From: Centroscyllium fabricii
Taxonomy: Eukaryota
Direction: 5' to 3'
Assembly (NCBI GenBank): GCA_051313645.2
Contig: JBNRSN020000012.1
Location: 54,746,001-54,810,000, forward strand
Length of the DNA stretch: 64,000 nt
A program made the translations under genes and the position numbers. The notes under the pieces are model-generated. The model was not told the DNA's origin. It did not search any database and saw nothing but the letters and a program-made list of their open reading frames with translations. This document shows positions 1-11,900 of the stretch, in pieces; position 1 is the first letter of the stretch; the number at the start of each line of letters is the position of its first letter.

Positions 1-1080
1 AGAGATCATGCAATCCCAAGAAGGGAAGGAAGAAAATGGCTCGCATGGCTGTGCTGGCAGCCTCAGCTGAGGAAGGACTGAGTGAGGGGGGGAAGTGAGA
101 GGGCTTTCCCAGGTCACACTGCAGAAGTGTTTGAGGATGCAACCTTCCACAGGTGTGCTGAAGCCTGTTGCAAATATCCCCAGGACTGAGACAACAATGT
201 GTTTGCGGAAGCGAATGATGGTTGATTAAATGTGAGCCTTCATTGAGTGACCGGACACAGATACTCAGCAGTCCCACTGAGTTCACACAAGGGTTTCACC
301 TGACGGGGTTTATCTTGGCGGGTTTTGTGCGTGAAACACCTGAAAATTCCTACGGGCCCTTAAAATGGGATTACAGATGCCAATTAAGGGCCCTTAACGA
401 CCTTAACAAGCATCCCTGCCGGGCGCCGGCGGGAAAGATTCGGGGCGGGAAAAAAGGCCGCCCAAAAATTCAAATCCGGCGGGGAATGGGCGGGCTTGGG
501 CGGGATCCAAAATTTTCTAATTTTCACCTTCCGCCCGCCCAAAACCCCGCCTCACGGGGACATGAAAATTCTCCCCCCAGTGGGAGCACAGCGCTGGTCA
601 TTACTTTCTCCTTCAAGGTGCGGAAGGACATGCTGCCAAATGCTTGGCATGCCTCCAGAGCCTTAGAGAAGTAAGTGACTCTGTGGTGGGTGCACCAGCT
701 GTGGGCAAAAACTGAGAAATCTTAACTTTGCACATTTCCTCACAGCCGGTGCCGAGCTGTCAAGGATTCGGAGCCCGCCCGCCCACCTGTCAGCCACCAG
801 CACTTGACCTTTCCCATTGGTTCCACTCGACTGTGATGTCGCAGTGGAGTGTTTCCATGGGAACTGTCAACAAAAAGTGCTGGAACTGTCAATCAAGCTG
901 CTCGATCCCGCTGTAGCCCCGACACGATTGAATCAATTACCACCGGCTGCAGCAGGCAGGGATTTAAGAACTCAATTGAATGAAAATTACGTGGGGTTCC
1001 CAGGTCTATGGGCAGGCGGGACAGGAACCCGCCCCGACCAATCCCCGACTGGTTCCCGCACTTCCGGCAAAATCCCCCCC
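1..1080. mobile_element. Probable non-autonomous DNA-transposon remnants (PIF/Harbinger-like ends) inserted in the array
   Basis: GC/CpG-rich block ending in a TIR-like aaaatccccccc exactly where the array resumes at aattagtgca; a second TIR-like end aaaattctccccc near 577; left end not in window. Confidence 0.4.
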
Positions 1081-1993
1081 AATTAGTGCAAACTGACCAA
1101 CAAAGCTAATGAGCTGAACTCAAATTTTTTTATAACAATTGTGCTTGCAAGAAAAATTATGAAATTGTGTAATTTAGAACTGAAGCGAATGAGATGCTTA
1201 TATTTTCCCACTGAAGGTGCCTCCATGATATATAACATGAAATATGAACATTAATTAAACTTTGAGTTTCTTGTCCAAGATATCTGTTTTTAGACTAGTT
1301 ATATCCATGATTACAGAGAATAAGAATGTTGCTGCATTAGTATGTTTATGGATTGTATAAGGCATGAAATTTGGAGCCAAGAAGTGACTGTATATGTTGT
1401 GACAAGAAGTACAGAGACATCTGACGCTGCTGACTTTGAAACCATTCCAGGAGATAATGGAAGGAAATTGGAACGTTTGATACCTCAAAAAGGAATCAAA
1501 GATGTTGATGGTTCTGCTGCTGTGTTTAATAGTGATGGCTCAATTGCTGATATGGCAGTAGAAATGTAAGGGTATTTAGAGTCATGGAACTGTGAAGGCA
1601 CAAAAGTCTTCTACACCTTTGAGCAAATTTGTTTATACTGGTTCAAATCTCTCCATGGCCTCGGCCCTCCCCATCTCTGTAATCTCCTCGAGCCCATCAA
1701 CCCTCCAGGATATCTGTACTCCTCCAATTCTGGCCTATTGATAATCCCTGATTTTAATCACTGCACCATTGGCTGTTGTGCCTTCAGCTGCCATGGACCT
1801 GAGCTCTGGAACACTCTTCCTAAATCTCACTGCCTCTCTAACATCACTTTCCCCCTTTAAGATGCACCTTGAAACCTACATATTTGACTAACTATCTGGC
1901 CAAATATATTAATATCCGCTTATGTGGCTCGGTCACAAGTTTTGTTTGATAATGCTCCTGTGAAATGTCTTGTATTAACTGTATTGAAGTGGG

Positions 1994-2489
1994 TGTTAAC
2001 TCACTCACTCTGTGAGGAGGATCCACCCTCCTGGGGGTCTGGGTTCTTTACTTTAGGAGACTATACACGTCGGTCAGTCTGTCACTTTCTCAGTAATACA
2101 CAAAGACAGAAACTGTAAAATAATTAATGTTTACTACCCAGTACCAGTACTTCACTTTGAGAAACCCCTTGTGTTTGCACACAACATAGCAACCCAGAAG
2201 TGCGCCCTCGCTCTGTGACCGCAATTATTTATATAATACATAAATGCAAAAGACATTGCAAAAAAGATTAAACGTACATGTTCAGCGAATAATTCTGATA
2301 AACGAAAACAACCAATGACACAAAATAGAGACAGGAAAAACCAAATTAAATGTCAACATCTTGTGTTGACTCTTCCTTATCTTCGCAGCTGCAATATTGT
2401 TATGTATCTATATTTTACCTCTTTGCTTCCAAACTTTTAACCCATGTCAAACTATAATAAAGCAATCTAGAATTAGTCTAAGTTTATCA
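1994..2489. mobile_element. Probable solo LTR (496 bp)
   Basis: Insertion relative to other monomers; TG...CA ends with imperfect inverted termini TGTTAACT/AGTTTATCA; G-run (GGGG-like) duplication on both sides. Confidence 0.55.
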
Positions 2490-2851
2490 GGGGTATGTAA
2501 ATACAATCTTTTGTTGTTTATCTTGCCAAGGTAAGACTATTGTCAGTTGCTTAATTGAAAAATGATTTATCAGTCGGATGGCTGAACGTTGAAAATTGGG
2601 ATAGCATTGTGGATACCCGTTGTTTCAAATGTGGAGGCTAAAGTGTTTGAAATGAATACACAACTGTTGGTTTAGCAGTAGAAATGTAAAATTATTAACA
2701 GACATGGAACTGTGATGGCACAAATGGCATTTACACTATTGAAAAAAGTGTTTACAATGGTCAAATTAAGACTAGTGTCTATTGTTTGATTGAATAATGA
2801 TTTATCAGTGGGATGGTTGAACATTGACAATTGGGATTGCATTGTGGATAC

Positions 2852-2956
2852 CTGTTGTTTCACTTGTTGAGGCTAAAGTGGTTGAAGGAGCGGTTGCAGT
2901 TGTAGATGGTTCTGTTGATGTGCTTTGTTCTGATGTTGAAGATGATGATAATGTAG
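2852..2956 (-). CDS. Mucin-like exon A (105 nt, phase 1-1)
   Basis: aacag|CTACATTATCA...GAAACAACAG|gtatcc; open S/T-rich frame. Confidence 0.72.
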
Positions 2957-5900
2957 CTGTTGATGTTAAAAAAATGTCAGTGAATTAAAGTAATGATCCT
3001 GCTGATTGCAGCATAAATCACGTCAAATGAGAAAGGTAAGTTTAGTGAAACAAATTAAAAACATGATCAACATGAAAATGATGTGTTGCTTTGATATTTA
3101 TTCTGAGAGTTTCCATGATCTCAATTTTGAGCATGATACATTAAATTGCGAGTATCTTGGTACTGGACTTTTTTGTTATCCAAAGTTTACCATTACAGAG
3201 ATTATCAATTTCACTGGTTTGATGTCATTATAAATTTTTCACCAGCTCTGGACATCCGCAGTGGCATTTAGGTTTATGACAGAAAGTATTATCAACATCA
3301 GTAATTGTTCCCTTCTATGATCTTGTATTTCTAGGTTGCAATAGATTATACCTGTTGATGCTGGTGATGTTTCTGTGGATGAGATCAGAGCTGTCATTGC
3401 TTCTGTTGAAGTGCTTCCTTCTGAGGTTCCAGATGATGTCGAAGCTGATAATATGTACAGAAATGTCAGAAAAACAGGGCAAAGCTCTTCTAGGTACCAT
3501 CATAATTAGTGCAAACTGACCAACAAAGCTAATGAGCTGAACTCAAAAACTTTTACAACAGTTGTGCTTGCAAGAAAAATTATTATGCAATTGTGTAATT
3601 TGGAACTGAAGCGAATGAGATGCTGATATTTTCCCACTGAAGAGCCTCCATGATATATAACATGAAATATTAACATTAATTAAACTTTGAGTTTCTTGTC
3701 AGAGATATCTGTTTTTAGACTAGTTATATCCATGATTACAGAGAATAAGAATGTGGCTGCATTAGTATGTTTATGGATTGTACTAGGCATAACATTTAGA
3801 GCCAAGAAGTGACTGGTATATGTTGTGACAAGAAGTACAGTAACATCTGATGCTGCTGACTTTGAAACCGTTCTCGGAGATAAGGGAAGGGAATTGGAAC
3901 GTTTGATACCTCTCGAAGGAATCAAAGATATTGATGGTTCTGCTGCTGTGATTAATAGTGATGGCTCAATTGGTGAAATGGCAGTAGAAATGTAAGGATA
4001 TTTACAGTCATGGAACTGTGAGACACAAGGGTCTTTTACTATTCTGAGCAAATTTCTTTAGACTGGTTCAAATCCCTCCATGGCCTCAGCCCTCCCCATC
4101 TCTGTAATCTCCTCAAGCCCATCAACCCTCCAAGATATAAAATTCTGACAGGCCTGGACAGGTTAGATTCAGAAAGAATGTTCCCGATGGTGGGGGAGTC
4201 CAGAACCAGGGGCCACAGTCTAAGGATAAGGGCTGAGCTCATGGCTGATCTTTCAAGTTCAGAACCCTGTCCCCACCTTCTCTCCGTAACCCTTAATCCC
4301 TTTAGCCTGAAGAAATATATCCAATTACCTCTTAAATATATTTAATGAACTGGCCTCCACTGCCCTCTGTGGCAAGGAATTCCACAGGCTCACCACTCTC
4401 TGGGTGAAGAAATTCTTCCTCATATCTGTCCTAAATGGTTTACCCAAAACTTGACACCGAGCCACATAAGGCGATATTAATATATTTGGCCAGATAGTTA
4501 GTCAAAGATGTCGGTTTTAAGGAGCGTCTTAAAGGGGGAAAGTGATGTTAGAGAGGCAGTGAGATTTAGTAAATGCTCCTGTGAAATGTCTTGTTATACT
4601 TAACTGTGTTAAAGGGGGTGTTAGCTCACTCACTCTGTGAGGAGGACCCACCCTCCTGGGGGTCTAGGTTCTTTACTTTAAGAGACTATACACGTCGGTC
4701 AGTCTGTCACTTTCTCAGTAATACACAAAGACAGAAACTGTAAAATAATTAATGTTTACTACCCAGTACCAGTACTTCACTCTGAGAAACCCCTTGTGTT
4801 TGCACACAACATAGCAACCCAGAAGTGCGCCCTCGCTCTGTGACCGCAATTATTTATAAAACATAAATGCAATAGACCTTGCAAAAAAGATTAAACGAAC
4901 ATGTTCAGCGAATAATTCTGATAAACGAAAACAACCAATAAAAAAAATAGAGACAGGATAAACCAAATTAAATGTCAACATCTTGTGTTGACTCTTCCTT
5001 ATCTTCGCAGCTGCAATATTGTTAAGTCGCTATATTGTACCTCTTTGCTTCCAACCTTTTAACACATGTCAAACTATAATAAAGCAATCTAGAATTAGCC
5101 AAAGTTTATCCGGGGTATGTAAATACAATCTTTTGTTGTGTTTCTTGTCAAGGTAAGACTATTGTCGGATGCTTGATTGAAAAATGATTTATCAGTGGGA
5201 TGGCTGAACGTTGAAAACTGGGATAGCATTGTGGATACCTGTTGTTTCAAATGTGGAGGGTAAACTGTTTGAAGTGAATTCTCAACTGATGGTTTAGCAG
5301 TAGAAATGTAACATTATTAACAGACATGGAACTGTGAAGGCACAAATGTGATTTACACTTTTGAAAAAATTGTTTACAGTGGTCAAGATAAGACTAGTGT
5401 CTATTGCTTGATTGAAAAATGATTTATCAGTGGGATGGTTGAACATTGACAATTGGGATTGCATTGTGGATACCTGGTGTTTCACTTGTTGAGGCTAAAG
5501 TCGTTGAAGGAGCGGTTGCAGTTGTAGATGGTTCTGTTGATGTGCTTTGTTCTGATGTTGAAGTTGATGATGATGTAGCTGTTGATGCTAAAAGAAATGT
5601 CAGTGAAGGAAAGCAATGCTCCTGCTGATTACAGCATAAATCACATTAAATGAGGAAGGTAAGTTTAGTGAAACAAATTAAAAACATGATCAACATGAAA
5701 ATGATGTGTTGCTTTGATATTTATTCTGAGAGTTTCCATGATCTCAATTTTGAGCATGATGCATTAAATTGCGAGTATGTTGTTACTGGAGTTTTTTGTT
5801 ATACAAAGTTTACCATTACAGAGATTACCAATTTCACTGGTTTGATGTCATTGGGCCAGAAATTGCAGTCTGCGCATATTGGGTTTAAGCTCTGGTGCAA

Positions 5901-8900
5901 GCTCACCAGAGCTAAAACCCTCAGGAAGCAGCCAGTAGCGCAGCTTCGGGTTTTCCTATGCCGCCCAGCGGGGGGTTGGAGTTCCTGCGAGGGCCAGCGC
6001 AGGAAGCATCGAACTACGGGAGTGTCCAGACATTCCGATATTTAAAAAAAGTTTTTCTACGGACCCAGACCAGGATTTTCTACGCTGGGAAAAAGCAGTC
6101 GTAAGTAGCCGTTTTTATCTGGTAAAGTGTGTATTTTATTGATTGTAATTGTTCTTTTTTCAGGTTTTTAATTGTTGATAACTTTAAAGACAGGTAAAGG
6201 CCCTGTCACACCTTGACGTTTTAGCCAGCGTATGCAAATTTGGCTAAAACGCTGGTTTACATCGTATATGTTATGGGTACGTTTTGCATACGTTTTGCAT
6301 ACGTTAAGAGCATGCTGGCATACGCTGGCCATAAGTTGCATACGTCGTTGTACTTCGAGTAAGTCGAGATTTTTTCAGCATGCACAAAAAATCTCGACGT
6401 ATCCTGCGTACGATTCACACGTTCCGCATACGCTGGCCATACGTTGTAGGCACGTTAGGCGATCGTTGAACACACCTTACCTGTGCCCCTGTCATGCCCT
6501 GTCACACCCTGACGATTCGTATGCCAACGTATCAACATTTATCTAAAACGTCGGCGATACGCTGCCGCGCGCTATGCATACGTTAGACTATCGTTGGGCA
6601 TAAGTTGTGAATGCCGACAACACGCTAAGCATTCGTTGGTATAAGTTATCTGTAAGTTATCGATACGTTCTGTGTACGTTACTAATACGTTATGCATACG
6701 TTATCAATACGCTATTATACGCCCAAAACTAAAAAAAGTCAAAAGTTCAGCGTTTTAGCCAAATTTGCATACGCTGGCTAAAACGTCAAGGTGTGACAGG
6801 GCCTTAAGTATTTTTTTAGACCTCTTGGAAGTTGAAAAATGTTTCTGTAAATTTTTATTTTTTCTTTAAAATAGGTTATTTGTGTTAGGTGGGGGAATGT
6901 TAAAAAAATGTGCTGTTTGTAAAATTTTATTTTTGTGTTTAGATGTCTTTTGGGCAATCTCTCCTTTCAAAACTCGCACAGATTTCTCAGTGGAAGTTTT
7001 CAACGGAGAATTGGTTCCACTGATTGACTCCCTGCCAATCACGTGGTCTCAAAAGCCATCTCACACTAATTACGCCCTTCAGATGCCTATGAAACTCGCA
7101 CGGAGCTCTGACAGGCTGGGCTAACTGCAATTTCTGAGTGCAAAAAAGCAAAACTGAATATGGGCAGTTCAAGTGCGTTAAGCAGGTACTGCACCCGCAC
7201 GAAGGCTCCACTGCAATTTCTGGGCCATTATACATTTTTCAAGGCACCAGCTCTGGACAGCCGCAGTGGCATTTAGGTTTATGACAGAAAGTATTGTCAA
7301 CATCAGTAAGTTTTCCCTTCTATGATCTTGAATTTCTTGGTTGCAATAGGTTATACCTGTTGATGCTGGTGTTGTTGCTGTGGATGAGATCAGAGCTGTC
7401 ATTGCTTCTGTTGAAGTGCTTCCTTCTGAGGTTCCAGATGATGTCGAAGCTGTTAATATGTACAGAAATGTCAGAAAAACAGGGCAAAGCTCTTCTAGGT
7501 ACCATCATAATCAATGCAAACTGACCAACAAAGCTTATGAGCTGAACTCAAAAACTTTTACAACAGTTGTGCTTGCAAGGAAAATTATTATGCAATTGTG
7601 TAATTTGGAACTGAAGCGAATGAGATGCTTATATTTTCCCACTGAAAGAGCCTCCATGATGTATAACATGAAATATGAACATTAATTAAACTTTGAGTTT
7701 CTTGTCAGAGATATCTGTTTTTACACTAGTTATATCCATGATTACAGAGAATAAGAATGTGGTTGCATTAGTATGTTTATGGATTGTACTAGGCATAACA
7801 TATAGAGCCAAGAAGTGACTGTATATGTTGTGACAAGAAGTACAGTGACATCTGAGGCTGCTGACTTTGAAACCGTTCTAGGAGATAAGGGAAGGAAATT
7901 GGAACATTTGATACCTCTCGAAGGAATCAAAGATGTTGATGGTTCTGTTGCTGTGTTTAATAGTGATGGCTCAATTGGTGATATGGCAGTAGAAATGTAA
8001 GAGTATTTACAGTCATGGAACTGTGAAGTCATAAATGTCTATACTCTTTTGAGCAAATTTGTTTGTTCTGGTTCAAATCCCTCCTTGACCTCAGCCCTCC
8101 CCATCTCTGTAATCTCCTCAAGCCCATCAATCCTCCAAGATATCTGCACTTCTGGCCTATTGACAATCCCTAATTTTAATCACTCCGCCATTGGCTGTTG
8201 TGCCTTCAGCTGCCATGGCCCTGAGCTCTGGAACTCTCTTACTAAATCTCTAACATCACTTTCCCCCTTTAAGACACTCCTTAAAACCTACATCTTTGAG
8301 TAACTATCTGGCCAAATATATTAATATCACCTTATGTGGCTCGGTGTCAAGTTTTGTTTGATAATGGTCTAGTGGAACGTCTTGTTATTCTTTACTATGT
8401 TAAAGGGGGTATATAAATACAATCTTTTGTTGTTTTTCTTGTCAAGGTAAGACTATTGTCTGTTGCTTGATTAAAAAATGATTTATCAGCGGGATGGTTG
8501 AACATTGACAATTGAGATTGCATTGTGGATACCTGTTGTTTCACTTGTTGAGGCGAAAGTGGTTGTAGAAGCTGTAACAGTTGTAGATGGTGCTGTTGAT
8601 GAGCTTTGTTCTGATGTTGAAGATGGTGATGATGTAGCTGTTGATGTTAAAAGAAATGTCAATGAAAGAAAGCAATGCTCCTGCTGATTGCAGCATAAAT
8701 CACGTCATTTGAGAAAGGTAAGTTTAGTGAAACAAATTAAAAACATGATCAACATGAAAATGATGTGTTGCTTTGATATTTATTCTGAGAGTTTCCATGA
8801 TGTCAATTTTGAGCACTATGCATTAAATTGCGAGTGTGTTATTACTGGAGTTTTTTGTTTTCCAAAGTTTACCATTACAGAGATGATCAATTTCGCTGGT

Positions 8901-11900
8901 TTGATGTCATTATAAAGGTTTCAAGGCACCAGCTCTGGACAGCCGCAGTGGCATTTAGATTAATGACAGAAAGTATTATCAACATCAGTAATTGTTCCCT
9001 TCTATGATCTTGTATTTCTAGGTTGCAATAGATTATACCTGTTGATGCTGGTGATGTTGCTGTGGATGAGATCAGAGCTGTCGTTGCTTCTGTTGAAGTG
9101 CTTCCTTCTGAGGTTCCAGATGATGTTGAAGCTGATAATATGTACAGAAATGTCAGAAAAACGGGACAAAGCTCTTCCAGGTACCATCATAATTAGTGCA
9201 AGCTGACCAACAAAGCTAATGAGCTGAAGTCAAAAACGTTTACAACAGTTGTGCTTGCAGGAAAAAATATTATGCAGTTGTGTAATTTGGAACTGAAGCG
9301 AATGAGATGCTTATATTTTCCCACTGAAGGAGCCTCCATGATATTTAACATGAAATATGAACATTAATTAAACTTTGAGTTTCTTGTCAGAGATATCTGT
9401 TTTTAGACTAGTTATATCCATGATTACAAGAATAAGACATGCAAGTTAGGTGAATTGGAGATACTAAAAATTGCCCATGAGTGTGTGTGTGTGTGTGAGA
9501 TATAGTTCTTAGAGTTTGGGGGGTGTCAGGGGATATGGGGAGAGGGTAGGAGAGGGGTGCTGGGTTTGGATGATCAGCTATGATCTCATCAAAAATGGTG
9601 AAGCAGGCTAGAAGGGCCGACTGGTCTACTCCTGCTCCTATCTTCTGTGTTTCTGTGTTGCTACATAAGAATGTTGCTGCATTAGTGTAGAGGCATGCAG
9701 GGCCGAAGGACCACACTGGACACAGACGAGTCGGAAAGTTATCATTTATTGTTACTACTGCTAGGGCCAGGTGGAAAAGAGACTGAGCCACCTGGAGCCC
9801 AGGTATTTAAAGGTCCCGCGGTAGGTGACGTCACTGCCGGGTCTCCGCCTGGCGACGTCATCACGCCGGAAGTCGCGGTGACGTCAGCACGCCGCCCGGT
9901 GGGCGGGACCGTCTTGCAACGCTCCCGATGCAGGTTCGATGTTGCTGGTGGGCGTGTCACCACACAGCTCCCCCCCCAGAATCCGTGAGGGAGAGCGAGG
10001 CTGGACCTAGAGGAGAAGGAGACATAAAGGAGTGCAAGCACAAATTTTCGAGTATAACATAGAATGTCCGGCGGTTTGCCGAGGTGGCCTGATGGTGTGG
10101 CCCGCACGTGTCGTGCGCTGTTCCATGTTCCGAAATGCGATGTTGAGGCGGGCTGATGATGTAGCCTGCACGTGTCATCTCAGGCGAGGCGCTGAGGTGG
10201 CCGGATGATGCAGCCAGCACGTGTCGTGCGCTGCTCCTTGTTCTGTGTAGGAGTGTGGGTGGGGTTTGGTGCGGTAGGGCGTCCGCGCTTTGGTGGCTGT
10301 GCGGGGACTGTTGTCTCACCCGCCATTACGTGTGCCGGTTTGAGCCGGTCAATTGAGACAGTCTCGGCTCTATTGCCCATTTTAATTTGAAAAGTTTTGG
10401 GTCCTGCCCGAAGCACTCTGAATGGTCCGTCATACGGTGGTTGTCGTGGTGTTCGATGTGCGTCGTGGTGGACAAACACATACTTGGCATTTTGGATGCC
10501 GTCTGGAACACGTGCTGCCGGCTCTCCGTGCCGGGCCACCGGAAGTGGTTTGAATGCAGCTGCCTGATTGTTAAAGTCTTTGAGGCAGCGCTCGGCTGAC
10601 CAGGGTTCGTTGGTTTCTGCCACGAACTCGCCCGGTACAGTTAGTGGTTGGCCATAGACCAGTTCAGCTGCTGAGGCGTGCAGGTCTTCCTTGGCTGCTG
10701 AACGTAGACCGAGCATTACCCAGGGCAGGCGGTCGGTCCAGGTCGCGTCTTGGAGGCTGGCCCGCAAGGAAGCTTTGACGGATCGGTGGAACCGTTCGCA
10801 GAGGCCGTTGGCCTGAGGGTGGTAGGCGGTGGTTCGGTGCAAGGTTGCCCCGAGGTCGTGGGCAATGGTTGCCCATAGGGTTGAGGTAAATTGGGGGCCC
10901 CTGTCTGATGTGATGTCGGTGGGGACGCCAAAGCAGGTGACCCAGGTGGCAATGAAGGCACTGGCCAGGTCGGCGGTGGTGGTAGCGGTGAGGGGGCCCG
11001 CTTCTGGCCAGCGGGTGCTGCGGTCGACCATTGTTAGGATGTGTGAATGTCCCCGTGATGGTGGTAGTGGTCCGACCAGGTCGATGTGTACATGGCTGAA
11101 GCGTCTAGCTGGGATGGCGATGGTTTCGAGCGGTGCCTTGATGTGCTTGTGCACCTTGGCGCGCTGGCAGGCATTGCAGGAGTTGGTCCAGGCGCGGACA
11201 TCTTTGCGCAGGCCGCGCCAAACGAATCGCGCAGGGATGAGTTTGGTGGACGCGCAGACACCGGGGTGGGACAGGTCATGGAGGGTCTGGAAGATGTGTC
11301 GCCTCCATGTGTGGGGGACGACGGGTCTGGGCTGAGGGAGGGAGACGTCGCAGCGGACCGCTGTGGCTGTGGGCCCGTGTGCTACGGTGGCCAAGAGCAG
11401 GCCGGGGAGGTTGGTGGCAGGGTCGAGCAGGTCAGGGTCGGTTCGTTGGTCGGCCGCCATTTTGGTATAGTCGACGGCCGTTTGGACGGAGTTGATGGTG
11501 GGGCGTGAGAGGCAGTGCGCGCAGACGCTGTCGGTGGTGGGGTGTGAGAGGCAGTCAGCGACCACGTTGTCGATGGTGGGGCGTGGGGGGCGGTCGGCGA
11601 CCGCTTTGTCGATGGTGGGGCGTGAGAGGCAGTCAGCGACCACGTTGTCGCGGCCGGCGATGTGCTGGATGTCGGTCGTGAAATCCGACACAGCCGCGAG
11701 CTGGCGCTGCTGCCTGGCCGACCAGGGTTCAGAGATCTTGGCCATTGCGGACACGAGTGGCTTGTGATCCACGAAGGCTGTGAAGTGGCGGCCCTCTAAG
11801 AGGAAGCGGAAGTGGCGCACCGCGAGGTAGAGAGCGAGTAGCTCCCTATCGAAGGTGCTGCACTTGACCTCCGGGGGCCGGAGTTGTCGGCTGAAAAAGG

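Noticed and set aside
222-1086. Host protein-coding ORFs of 150 and 89 aa
   Set aside because: No recognisable domain; they lie in GC-rich transposon-like sequence where open frames arise by chance.
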